Shown one piece after another: positions 27,301 to 40,600 of a DNA stretch of 64,000 bases. The notes beneath the pieces are model-generated. The model searched no databases, was not told the origin of the DNA, and saw only the letters and a list, made by a program, of their open reading frames with translations. Numbering within the stretch: the first letter of the stretch is position 1; each line of letters begins with the position of its first letter. This stretch comes from Eledone cirrhosa (taxonomy: Eukaryota): NCBI GenBank assembly GCA_964016885.1, contig OZ024744.1, positions 310,001 through 374,000 on the forward strand, written 5' to 3'. The position numbers were made by a program, and so were the translations under genes.

Positions 27301-30300
27301 TTCGTTCTTCATCAAGCTATCTTTCTCTACCTTGTCTTCCCTCAAAACGTCGTTCTTCACCAAGCTATCTTTCTCTACCTTGTCTTCCCCCAAAACTTCG
27401 TTCTTCACCAAGCTATCTTTCTCTACCTTGTCTACCCCCAAAACTTCGTTCTTCACCAAGCTATCTTTCGCTACCTTGTCTTCCCTCAAAACGTCGTTCT
27501 TCACCAAGCTATCTTTCTCTACCCATTCTTCTCTTAAAACTCCGTTCTTCACCAAGCTATCTTTCTCTACCTTGTCTTCCCTCAAAACTTCGTTCTTGAT
27601 CAAGCTATCTTTCTATACCTTGTCTTCCATCAAAACTTCCTTCTTCACCAAGCTATCTTTCTCTACCTTGTCTTCCCTCAAAACTTCGTTCTTCACCAAG
27701 CTATCTTTCTCTATCTTGTCTTCCCTCAAAACTCCGTTCTTCATCAAGCTATCGTTCTCTACTTTGTCTTCCCTCAAAACGTCGTTCTTCACCAAGCTAT
27801 CTTTCTCTACCTTGTCTTCCCTCAAAACTTCGTTCGTTCTTCACCAAGCTATCTTTCTCTACCTTGTCTTCCCTCAAAACTTCGTTATTCACCAAGCTAT
27901 CTTTCTCTACCTTGTCTTCCCTCAAAACTTCGTTCTTCACCAAGCTATCTTTCTCTACCTTGTCTTCCCTCAAAACTTCGTTCTTCACCAAGCTATCTTT
28001 CTCTACCTTGTCTTCCCCCAGAACATCGTTCTTCACCAAGCTATCTTTCTCTACCTTGTCTTCCCTCAAAACTTCGTTATTCACCAAGCTATCTTTCTCT
28101 ACCTTGCCTTCCTGCAAAACTTCGTTCTTCATCAAGCTATCTTTCTCTACTTTGTCTTCCCTCAAAACATCGTTCGTTCTTCATCAAGCTATCTTTCTCT
28201 ACCTTGTCTTCCCTCAAGACTTCGTTCGTCACCAAGCTATCTTTCTCTACATTGTCTTCCCCCAAAACTTCGTTCTTCATCAAGCTATCTTTCTCTACCT
28301 TGTCTTCCCTCAAAACGTCGTTCTTAACCAAGCTATCTTTCTCTACCTTGTCTTCCCACAAAACTTCGTTCTTCATCAAGCTATCTTTCTCTACCTTGTC
28401 TTCCCTCAAAACGTCGTTCTTCACCAAGATATCTTTCTCTACCTTGTCCCCCAAAACTTCGTTCTTCACCAAGCTATCTTTCTCTACCTTGTCTACCCCC
28501 AAAACTTCGTTCTTCACCAAGCTATCTTTCGCTACCTTGTCTTCCCTCAAAACGTCGTTCTTCACCAAGCTATCTTTCTCTACCCATTCTTCTCTTAAAA
28601 CTCCGTTCTTCACCAAGCTATCTTTCTCTACCTTGTCTTCCCTCAAAACTTCGTTCTTGATCAAGCTATCTTTCTATACCTTGTCTTCCATCAAAACTTC
28701 CTTCTTCACCAAGCTATCTTTCTCTACCTTGTCTTCCCTCAAAACTTCGTTCTTCACCAAGCTATCTTTCTCTATCTTGTCTTCCCTCAAAACTCCGTTC
28801 TTCATCAAGCTATCGTTCTCTACTTTGTCTTCCCTCAAAACGTCGTTCTTCACCAAGCTATCTTTCTCTACCTTGTCTTCCCTCAAAACTTCGTTCGTTC
28901 TTCACCAAGCTATCTTTCTCTACCTTGTCTTCCCTCAAAACTTCGTTATTCACCAAGCTATCTTTCTCTACCTTGTCTTCCCTCAAAACTTCGTTCTTCA
29001 CCAAGCTATCTTTCTCTACCTTGTCTTCCCTCAAAACTTCGTTCTTCACCAAGCTATCTTTCTCTACCTTGTCTTCCCCCAGAACATCGTTCTTCACCAA
29101 GCTATCTTTCTCTACCTTGTCTTCCCTCAAAACTTCGTTATTCACCAAGCTATCTTTCTCTACCTTGCCTTCCTGCAAAACTTCGTTCTTCATCAAGCTA
29201 TCTTTCTCTACTTTGTCTTCCCTCAAAACATCGTTCGTTCTTCATCAAGCTATCTTTCTCTACCTTGTCTTCCCTCAAGACTTCGTTCGTCACCAAGCTA
29301 TCTTTCTCTACATTGTCTTCCCCCAAAACTTCGTTCTTCATCAAGCTATCTTTCTCTACCTTGTCTTCCCTCAAAACGTCGTTCTTAACCAAGCTATCTT
29401 TCTCTACCTTGTCTTCCCACAAAACTTCGTTCTTCATCAAGCTATCTTTCTCTACCTTGTCTTCCCTCAAAACGTCGTTCTTCACCAAGATATCTTTCTC
29501 TACCTTGTCCCCCAAAACTTCGTTCTTCACCAAGCTATCTTTCTCTACCTTGTCTACCCCCAAAACTTCGTTCTTCACCAAGCTATCTTTCTCTACCCTG
29601 TCTTCCCCCAAAACTTCGTTCCTCACCAAGCTATCTTTCTCTACCTTGTCTTCCCTCAAAACTTCGTTCTTCACCAAGCTATCTTTCTCTACCTTGTCTT
29701 CCCTCAAAATTTCGTTCTTCACCAAGCTATCTTTCTCTACCTTGTCTTCCCTCAAAACTTCGTTCTTCACCAAGCTATCTTTCCCTACCTTTTTTTCCCC
29801 CAAAACTCCGTTCTTCACCAAACTATCTTTCTCTACCTTGTCTTCCCTCAAAACTTCGTTCTTCACCAAGCTATCTTTCCCTACCTTTTTTTCCCCCAAA
29901 ACTCCGTTCTTCACCAAACTATCTTTCTCTACCTTGTCTTTCCTCAAAACTTCGTTCTTCACCAAGCTATCTTTCTCTATCTTGTCTTCCCTCAAAACTC
30001 CGTTCTTCATCAAGCTATCGTTCTCTACTTTGTCTTCCCTCGAAACGTCGTTCTTCACCAAGCTATCTTTCTCTACCTTGTCTTCCCTCAAAACTTCGTT
30101 CGTTCTTCACCAAGCTATCTTTCTCTACCTTGTCTTCCCCCAAAACTTCGTTCTTCACAAGCTATCCTTCTCTACCTTGTCTTCCCTCAAAACTTCGTTC
30201 TTCACCAAGCTATCTTTCTCTACCTTGTCTTCCCTCAAAACTTCGTTCTTGATCAAGCTATCTTTCTATTCCTTGTCTTCCCTCAAAACTTCGTTCTTCA

Positions 30301-33300
30301 CCAAGCTATCTTTCTCTACTTTGTCTTCCCTCAAAACATCGTTCGTTCTTCATCAAGCTATCTTTCTCTATCTTGTCTTCCCTCAAGACTTCGTTCGTCA
30401 CCAAGCTATCTTTCTCTACATTGTCTTCCCCCAAAACTTCGTTCTTCATCAAGCTATCTTTCTCTACCTTGTCTTCCCACAAAACGTCGTTCTTCACCAA
30501 GCTATCTTTCCCTACCTTGTCTTCCCTCAAAACGTCGTTCTTCACCAAGCTATCTTTCTCTACCCATTCTTCTCTCAAAACTTCGTTCTTCACCAAGCTC
30601 TCTTTCTCTACCTTGTCTTCCCTCAAAACTTCGTTCTTCACCAGGCTATCTTTCTCAACCCTGTCTTCCCCCAAAACATCGTTCCTCACCAAGCTATCTT
30701 TCTCTACCTTGTCTTCCCTCAAAACTTCGTTCTTCACCAAGTTATCTTTCTCTACCTTTTTTTCCCCCAAAACTCCGTTCTTCACCAAACTATCTTTCTC
30801 TACCTTGTCTTCCCTCAAAACTTCGTTCTTCACCAAGCTATCTTTCTATATCTTGTCTTCCCTCAAAACTCCGTTCTTCATCAAGCTATCGTTCTCTACT
30901 TTGTCTTCCCTCGAAACGTCGTTCGTCACCAAGCTATCTTTCTCTACCTTGTCTTCCCTCAAAACTTCGTTCGTTCTTCACCAAGCTATCTATCTCTAAC
31001 TTGTCTTCCCCCAAAACTTCGTTCTTCACAAGCTATCCTTCTCAACCTTGTCTTCCCTCAAAACTTCGTTCTTCACCAAGCTATCTTTCTCTACCTTGTC
31101 TTCCCTCAAAACTTCGTTCTTGATCAAGCTATCTTTCTATACCTTGTCTTCCATCAAAACTTCGTTCTTCACCAAGCTATCTTTCTCTACCTTGTCTTCC
31201 CTCAAAACTTCGTTCTTCACCAAGCTATCTTTCTGTATCTTGTCTTCCCTCAAAACTCCGTTCTTCATCAAGCTATCGTTCTCTACTTTGTCTTCCCTCA
31301 AAACGTCGTTCTTCACCAAGCTATCTTTCTCTACGTTGTCTTCCCTCAAAACTTCGTTCGTTCTTCACCAAGCTATCTTTCTCTACCTTGTCTTCCCTCA
31401 AAACTTCGTTATTCACCAAGCTATCTTTCTCTACCTTGTCTTCCCTCAAAACTTCGTTCTTCACCAAGCTATCTTTCTCACCCTTGTCTTCCCTCAAAAC
31501 TTCGTTCTTCACCAAGCTATCTTTCTCTACCTTGTCTTCCCCCAGAACATCGTTCTTCACCAAGCTATCTTTCTCTACCTTGTCTTCCCTCAAAACTTCG
31601 TTATTCACCAAGCTATCTTTCTCTACCTTGCCTTCCTGCAAAATTTCGTTCTTCATCAAGCTATCTTTCTCTACTTTGTCTTCCCTCAAAACATCGTTCG
31701 TTCTTCATCAAGCTATCTTTCTCTACCTTGTCTTCCCTCAAGACTTCGTTCGTCACCAAGCTATCTTTCTCTACATTGCCTTCCCCCAAAACTTCGTTCT
31801 TCATCAAGCTATCTTTCTCTACCTTGTCTTCCCTCAAAACGTCGTTCTTAACCAAGCTATCTTTCTCTACCTTGTCTTCCCACAAAACTTCGTTCTTCAT
31901 CAAGCTATCTTTCTCTACCTTGTCTTCCCTCAAAACGTCGTTCTTCACCAAGCTATCTTTCTCTACCTTGTCTTCCCCCAAAACTTCGTTCTTCACCAAG
32001 CTATCTTTCTCTACCTTGTCTACCCCCAAAACTTCGTTCTTCACCAAGCTATCTTTCGCTACCTTGTCTTCCCTCAAAACGTCGTTCTTCACCAAGCTAT
32101 CTTTCTCTACCCATTCTTCTCTTAAAACTCCGTTCTTCACCAAGCTATCTTTCTCTACCTTGTCTTCCCTCAAAACTTCGTTCTTGATCAAGCTATCTTT
32201 CTATACCTTGTCTTCCATCAAAACTTCCTTCTTCACCAAGCTATCTTTCTCTACCTTGTCTTCCCTCAAAACTTCGTTCTTCACCAAGCTATCTTTCTCT
32301 ATCTTGTCTTCCCTCAAAACTCCGTTCTTCATCAAGCTATCGTTCTCTACTTTGTCTTCCCTCAAAACGTCGTTCTTCACCAAGCTATCTTTCTCTACCT
32401 TGTCTTCCCTCAAAACTTCGTTCGTTCTTCACCAAGCTATCTTTCTCTACCTTGTCTTCCCTCAAAACTTCGTTATTCACCAAGCTATCTTTCTCTACCT
32501 TGTCTTCCCTCAAAACTTCGTTCTTCACCAAGCTATCTTTCTCTACCTTGTCTTCCCTCAAAACTTCGTTCTTCACCAAGCTATCTTTCTCTACCTTGTC
32601 TTCCCCCAGAACATCGTTCTTCACCAAGCTATCTTTCTCTACCTTGTCTTCCCTCAAAACTTCGTTATTCACCAAGCTATCTTTCTCTACCTTGCCTTCC
32701 TGCAAAACTTCGTTCTTCATCAAGCTATCTTTCTCTACTTTGTCTTCCCTCAAAACATCGTTCGTTCTTCATCAAGCTATCTTTCTCTACCTTGTCTTCC
32801 CTCAAGACTTCGTTCGTCACCAAGCTATCTTTCTCTACATTGTCTTCCCCCAAAACTTCGTTCTTCATCAAGCTATCTTTCTCTACCTTGTCTTCCCTCA
32901 AAACGTCGTTCTTAACCAAGCTATCTTTCTCTACCTTGTCTTCCCACAAAACTTCGTTCTTCATCAAGCTATCTTTCTCTACCTTGTCTTCCCTCAAAAC
33001 GTCGTTCTTCACCAAGATATCTTTCTCTACCTTGTCCCCCAAAACTTCGTTCTTCACCAAGCTATCTTTCTCTACCTTGTCTACCCCCAAAACTTCGTTC
33101 TTCACCAAGCTATCTTTCTCTACCCTGTCTTCCCCCAAAACTTCGTTCCTCACCAAGCTATCTTTCTCTACCTTGTCTTCCCTCAAAACTTCGTTCTTCA
33201 CCAAGCTATCTTTCTCTACCTTGTCTTCCCTCAAAATTTCGTTCTTCACCAAGCTATCTTTCTCTACCTTGTCTTCCCTCAAAACTTCGTTCTTCACCAA

Positions 33301-36300
33301 GCTATCTTTCCCTACCTTTTTTTCCCCCAAAACTCCGTTCTTCACCAAACTATCTTTCTCTACCTTGTCTTTCCTCAAAACTTCGTTCTTCACCAAGCTA
33401 TCTTTCTCTATCTTGTCTTCCCTCAAAACTCCGTTCTTCATCAAGCTATCGTTCTCTACTTTGTCTTCCCTCGAAACGTCGTTCTTCACCAAGCTATCTT
33501 TCTCTACCTTGTCTTCCCTCAAAACATCGTTCGTTCTTCATCAAGCTATCTTTCTCTATCTTGTCTTCCCTCAAGACTTCGTTCGTCACCAAGCTATCTT
33601 TCTCTACATTGTCTTCCCCCAAAACTTCGTTCTTCATCAAGCTATCTTTCTCTACCTTGTCTTCCCACAAAACGTCGGTCTTCACCAAGCTATCTTTCCC
33701 TACCTTGTCTTCCCTCAAAACATCGTTCTTCACCAAGCTATCTTTCTCTACCCATTCTTCTCTCAAAACTTCGTTCTTCACCAAGCTCTCTTTCTCTACC
33801 TTGTCTTCCCTCAAAACTTCGTTCTTCACCAGGCTATCTTTCTCAACCCTGTCTTCCCCCAAAACATCGTTCCTCACCAAGCTATCTTTCTCTACCTTGT
33901 CTTCCCTCAAAACTTCGTTCTTCACCAAGTTATCTTTCTCTACCTTTTTTTCCCCCAAAACTCCGTTCTTCACCAAACTATCTTTCTCTACCTTGTCTTC
34001 CCTCAAAACTTCGTTCTTCACCAAGCTATCTTTCTATATCTTGTCTTCCCTCAAAACTCCGTTCTTCATCAAGCTATCGTTCTCTACTTTGTCTTCCCTC
34101 GAAACGTCGTTCGTCACCAAGCTATCTTTCTCTACCTTGTCTTCCCTCAAAACTTCGTTCGTTCTTCACCAAGCTATCTATCTCTAACTTGTCTTCCCCC
34201 AAAACTTCGTTCTTCACAAGCTATCCTTCTCAACCTTGTCTTCCCTCAAAACTTCGTTCTTCACCAAGCTATCTTTCTCTACCTTGTCTTCCCTCAAAAC
34301 TTCGTTCTTGATCAAGCTATCTTTCTATACCTTGTCTTCCATCAAAACTTCGTTCTTCACCAAGCTATCTTTCTCTACCTTGTCTTCCCTCAAAACTTCG
34401 TTCTTCACCAAGCTATCTTTCTGTATCTTGTCTTCCCTCAAAACTCCGTTCTTCATCAAGCTATCGTTCTCTACTTTGTCTTCCCTCAAAACGTCGTTCT
34501 TCACCAAGCTATCTTTCTCTACGTTGTCTTCCCTCAAAACTTCGTTCGTTCTTCACCAAGCTATCTTTCTCTACCTTGTCTTCCCTCAAAACTTCGTTAT
34601 TCACCAAGCTATCTTTCTCTACCTTGTCTTCCCTCAAAACTTCGTTCTTCACCAAGCTATCTTTCTCTACCTTGTCTTCCCTCAAAACTTCGTTCTTCAC
34701 CAAGCTATCTTTCTCTACCTTGTCTTCCCCCAGAACATCGTTCTTCACCAAGCTATCTTTCTCTACCTTGTCTTCCCTCAAAACTTCGTTATTCACCAAG
34801 CTATCTTTCTCTACCTTGCCTTCCTGCAAAATTTCGTTCTTCATCAAGCTATCTTTCTCTACTTTGTCTTCCCTCAAAACATCGTTCGTTCTTCATCAAG
34901 CTATCTTTCTCTACCTTGTCTTCCCTCAAGACTTCGTTCGTCACCAAGCTATCTTTCTCTACATTGCCTTCCCCCAAAACTTCGTTCTTCATCAAGCTAT
35001 CTTTCTCTACCTTGTCTTCCCTCAAAACGTCGTTCTTAACCAAGCTATCTTTCTCTACCTTGTCTTCCCACAAAACTTCGTTCTTCATCAAGCTATCTTT
35101 CTCTACCTTGTCTTCCCTCAAAACGTCGTTCTTCACCAAGCTATCTTTCTCTACCTTGTCTTCCCCCAAAACTTCGTTCTTCACCAAGCTATCTTTCTCT
35201 ACCTTGTCTACCCCCAAAACTTCGTTCTTCACCAAGCTATCTTTCGCTACCTTGTCTTCCCTCAAAACGTCGTTCTTCACCAAGCTATCTTTCTCTACCC
35301 ATTCTTCTCTTAAAACTCCGTTCTTCACCAAGCTATCTTTCTCTACCTTGTCTTCCCTCAAAACTTCGTTCTTGATCAAGCTATCTTTCTATACCTTGTC
35401 TTCCATCAAAACTTCCTTCTTCACCAAGCTATCTTTCTCTACCTTGTCTTCCCTCAAAACTTCGTTCTTCACCAAGCTATCTTTCTCTATCTTGTCTTCC
35501 CTCAAAACTCCGTTCTTCATCAAGCTATCGTTCTCTACTTTGTCTTCCCTCAAAACGTCGTTCTTCACCAAGCTATCTTTCTCTACCTTGTCTTCCCTCA
35601 AAACTTCGTTCGTTCTTCACCAAGCTATCTTTCTCTACCTTGTCTTCCCTCAAAACTTCGTTATTCACCAAGCTATCTTTCTCTACCTTGTCTTCCCTCA
35701 AAACTTCGTTCTTCACCAAGCTATCTTTCTCTACCTTGTCTTCCCTCAAAACTTCGTTCTTCACCAAGCTATCTTTCTCTACCTTGTCTTCCCCCAGAAC
35801 ATCGTTCTTCACCAAGCTATCTTTCTCTACCTTGTCTTCCCTCAAAACTTCGTTATTCACCAAGCTATCTTTCTCTACCTTGCCTTCCTGCAAAACTTCG
35901 TTCTTCATCAAGCTATCTTTCTCTACTTTGTCTTCCCTCAAAACATCGTTCGTTCTTCATCAAGCTATCTTTCTCTACCTTGTCTTCCCTCAAGACTTCG
36001 TTCGTCACCAAGCTATCTTTCTCTACATTGTCTTCCCCCAAAACTTCGTTCTTCATCAAGCTATCTTTCTCTACCTTGTCTTCCCTCAAAACGTCGTTCT
36101 TAACCAAGCTATCTTTCTCTACCTTGTCTTCCCACAAAACTTCGTTCTTCATCAAGCTATCTTTCTCTACCTTGTCTTCCCTCAAAACGTCGTTCTTCAC
36201 CAAGATATCTTTCTCTACCTTGTCCCCCAAAACTTCGTTCTTCACCAAGCTATCTTTCTCTACCTTGTCTACCCCCAAAACTTCGTTCTTCACCAAGCTA

Positions 36301-37620
36301 TCTTTCTCTACCCTGTCTTCCCCCAAAACTTCGTTCCTCACCAAGCTATCTTTCTCTACCTTGTCTTCCCTCAAAACTTCGTTCTTCACCAAGCTATCTT
36401 TCTCTACCTTGTCTTCCCTCAAAATTTCGTTCTTCACCAAGCTATCTTTCTCTACCTTGTCTTCCCTCAAAACTTCGTTCTTCACCAAGCTATCTTTCCC
36501 TACCTTTTTTTCCCCCAAAACTCCGTTCTTCACCAAACTATCTTTCTCTACCTTGTCTTTCCTCAAAACTTCGTTCTTCACCAAGCTATCTTTCTCTATC
36601 TTGTCTTCCCTCAAAACTCCGTTCTTCATCAAGCTATCGTTCTCTACTTTGTCTTCCCTCGAAACGTCGTTCTTCACCAAGCTATCTTTCTCTACCTTGT
36701 CTTCCCTCAAAACTTCGTTCGTTCTTCACCAAGCTATCTTTCTCTACCTTGTCTTCCCCCAAAACTTCGTTCTTCACAAGCTATCCTTCTCTACCTTGTC
36801 TTCCCTCAAAACTTCGTTCTTCACCAAGCTATCTTTCTCTACCTTGTCTTCCCTCAAAACTTCGTTCTTGATCAAGCTATCTTTCTATTCCTTGTCTTCC
36901 CTCAAAACTTCGTTCTTCACCAAGCTATCTTTCTCTACTTTGTCTTCCCTCAAAACATCGTTCGTTCTTCATCAAGCTATCTTTCTCTATCTTGTCTTCC
37001 CTCAAGACTTCGTTCGTCACCAAGCTATCTTTCTCTACATTGTCTTCCCCCAAAACTTCGTTCTTCATCAAGCTATCTTTCTCTACCTTGTCTTCCCACA
37101 AAACGTCGTTCTTCACCAAGCTATCTTTCCCTACCTTGTCTTCCCTCAAAACGTCGTTCTTCACCAAGCTATCTTTCTCTACCCATTCTTCTCTCAAAAC
37201 TTCGTTCTTCACCAAGCTCTCTTTCTCTACCTTGTCTTCCCTCAAAACTTCGTTCTTCACCAGGCTATCTTTCTCAACCCTGTCTTCCCCCAAAACTTCG
37301 TTCCTCACCAAGCTATCTTTCTCTACCTTGTCTTCCCTCAAAACTTCGTTCTTCACCAAGCTATCTTTCTCTACCTTTTTTTCCCCCAAAACTCCGTTCT
37401 TCACCAAACTATCTTTCTCTACCTTGTCTTCCCTCAAAACTTCGTTCTTCACCAAGCTATCTTTCTCTATCTTGTCTTCCCTCAAAACTCCGTTCTTCAT
37501 CAAGCTATCGTTCTCTACTTTGTCTTCCCTCGAAACGTCGTTCGTCACCAAGCTATCTTTCTCTACCTTGTCTTCCCTCAAAACTTCGTTCGTTCTTCAC
37601 CAAGCTATCTTTCTCTAACT
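24400..37620. repeat. Higher-order repeat with a 3431-bp (71-monomer) base unit, about 3.5-4 copies with internal indels (observed periods 4588, 3188, 3431)
   Basis: Homologous minus-strand ORF left ends at 25718, 30306, 33494 and 36925. Private variants AAGTTATC, TCTATCTCTAAC, TTCTGTATC and ACTTCCTTC recur at these offsets. 4588 = 3431+1061+96 and 3188 = 3431-243. Confidence 0.88.
26700..29580. repeat. Nested tandem sub-repeat, 1064/1061 bp = 22 monomers, about 2.7 copies
   Basis: ORFs 26733, 27797, 28858 and 27613/28674 recur at 1064 and 1061 bp. 1064 = 20x48+2x52, and 1061 includes the 45-bp monomer. Confidence 0.88.
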
Positions 37621-40600
37621 TGTCTTCCCCCAAAACGTCGTTCTTCACCAAGCTATCTTTCTCTACCTTGTCTTCCCTCAAAACTTCGTTCGTTCTTCAC
37701 CAAGCTATCTTTCTCTACCTTGTCTTCCCCCACAACTTCGTTCTTCACAAGCTATCCTTCTCTACCTTGTCTTCCCTCAAAACTTCGTTCTTCACCAAGC
37801 TATCTTTCTCTACCTTGTCTTCCCTCAAAACTTCGTTCTTGATCAAGCTATCTTTCTATTCCTTGTCTTCCCTCAAAATTCGTTCTTCACCAAGCTATCT
37901 TTCTCTACTTTGTCTTTCCTCAAAACATCGTTCGTTCTTCATCAAGCTATCTTTCTCTATCTTGTCTTCCCTCAAGACTTCGTTCGTCACCAAGCTATCT
38001 TTCTCTACATTGTCTTCCCCCCAAACTTCGTTCTTCATCAAGCTATCTTCTCTACCTTGTCTTCCCACAAAACGTCGTTCTTCACCAAGCTATCTTTCCC
38101 TACCTTGTCTTCCCTCAAAACGTCGTTCTTCACCAAGCTATCTTTCTCTACCCATTCTTCTCTCAAAACTTCGTTCTTCACCAAGCTCTCTTTCTCTACC
38201 TTGTCTTCCCTCAAAACTTCGTTCTTCACCAGGCTATCTTTCTCAACCCTGTCTTCCCCCAAAACTTCGTTCCTCACCAAGCTATCTTTCTCTACCTTGT
38301 CTTCCCTCAAAACTTCGTTCTTCACCAAGCTATCTTTCTCTACCTTTTTTTCCCCCAAAACTCCGTTCTTCACCAAACTATCTTTCTCTACCTTGTCTTC
38401 CCTCAAAACTTCGTTCTTCACCAAGCTATCTTTCTCTACCTTTTTTTCCCCCAAAACTCCGTTCTTCACAAGCTATCCTTCTCTACCTTGTCTTCCCTCA
38501 AAACTTCGTTCTTCACCAAGCTATCTTTCTCTACCTTGTCTTCCCTCAAAACTTCGTTCTTGATCAAGCTATCTTTCTATACCTTGTCTTCCATCAAAAC
38601 TTCGTTCTTCACCAAGCTATCTTTCTCTACCTTGTCTTCCCTCAAAACTTCGTTCTTCACCAAGCTATCTTTCTCTATCTTGTCTTCCCTCAAAACTCCG
38701 TTCTTCATCAAGCTATCGTTCTCTACTTTGTCTTCCCTCAAAACGTCGTTCTTCACCAAGCTATCTTTCTCTACCTTGTCTTCCCTCAAAACTTCGTTCG
38801 TTCTTCACCAAGCTATCTTTCTCTACCTTGTCTTCCCTCAAAACTTCGTTATTCACCAAGCTATCTTTCTCTACCTTGTCTTCCCTCAAAACTTCGTTCT
38901 TCACCAAGCTATCTTTCTCTACCTTGTCTTCCCTCAAAACTTCGTTCTTCACCAAGCTATCTTTCTCTACCTTGTCTTCCCCCAGAACATCGTTCTTCAC
39001 CAAGCTATCTTTCTCTACCTTGTCTTCCCTCAAAACTTCGTTATTCACCAAGCTATCTTTCTCTACCTTGCCTTCCTGCAAAACTTCGTTCTTCATCAAG
39101 CTATCTTTCTCTACTTTGTCTTCCCTCAAAACATCGTTCGTTCTTCATCAAGCTATCTTTCTCTACCTTGTCTTCCCTCAAGACTTCGTTCGTCACCAAG
39201 CTATCTTTCTCTACATTGTCTTCCCCCAAAACTTCGTTCTTCATCAAGCTATCTTTCTCTACCTTGTCTTCCCTCAAAACGTCGTTCTTAACCAAGCTAT
39301 CTTTCTCTACCTTGTCTTCCCACAAAACTTCGTTCTTCATCAAGCTATCTTTCTCTACCTTGTCTTCCCACAAAACTTCGTTCTTCACCAAGCTATCTCT
39401 CTCTACCTTGTCTTCCCACAAAACGTCGTTCTTCACCAAGCTATCTTTCGCTACCTTGTCTTCCCTCAAAACGTCGTTCTTCACCAAGCTATCTTTCTCT
39501 ACCCATTCTTCTCTTAAAACTTCGTTCTTCACCAAGCTCTCTTTCTCTACCTTGTCTTCCCTCAAAACTTCGTTCTTCACCAAGCTATCTTTCTCTACCC
39601 TGTCTTCCCCCAAAACTTCGTTCCTCACCAAGCTATCTTTCTCTACCTTGTCTTCCCTCAAAACTTCGTTCTTCACCAAGCTATCTTTCTCTACCTTGTC
39701 TTCCCTCAAAATTTCGTTCTTCACCAAGCTATCTTTCTCTACCTTGTCTTCCCTCAAAACTTCGTTCTTCACCAAGCTATCTTTCCCTACCTTTTTTTCC
39801 CCCAAAACTCCGTTTTTCACCAAACTATCTTTCTCTACCTTGTCTTCCCTCAAAATTTCGTTCTTCACCAAGCTATCTTTCTCTATCTTGTCTTCCCTCA
39901 AAACTCCGTTCTTCATCAAGCTATCGTTCTCTACTTTGTCTTCCCTCGAAACGTCGTTCTTCACCAAGCTATCTTTCTCTACCTTGTCTTCCCTCAAAAC
40001 TTCGTTCGTTCTTCACCAAGCTATCTTTCTCTACCTTGTCTTCCCCCAAAACTTCGTTCTTCACAAGCTATCCTTCTCTACCTTGTCTTCCCTCAAAACT
40101 TCGTTCTTCACCAAGCTATCTTTCTCTACCTTGTCTTCCCTCAAAACTTCGTTCTTGATCAAGCTATCTTTCTATTCCTTGTCTTCCCTCAAAACTTCGT
40201 TCTTCACCAAGCTATCTTTCTCTACTTTGTCTTCCCCCAAAACTTCGTTCTTCATCAAGCTATCTTTCTCTACCTTGTCTTCCCACAAAACGTCGTTCTT
40301 CACCAAGCTATCTTTCCCTACCTTGTCTTCCCTCAAAACGTCGTTCTTCACCAAGCTATCTTTCTCTACCCATTCTTCTCTCAAAACTTCGTTCTTCACC
40401 AAGCTCTCTTTCTCTACCTTGTCTTCCCTCAAAACTTCGTTCTTCACCAGGCTATCTTTCTCAACCCTGTCTTCCCCCAAAACTTCGTTCCTCACCAAGC
40501 TATCTTTCTCTACCTTGTCTTCCCTCAAAACTTCGTTCTTCACCAAGCTATCTTTCTCTACCTTTTTTTCCCCCAAAACTCCGTTCTTCACCAAACTATC

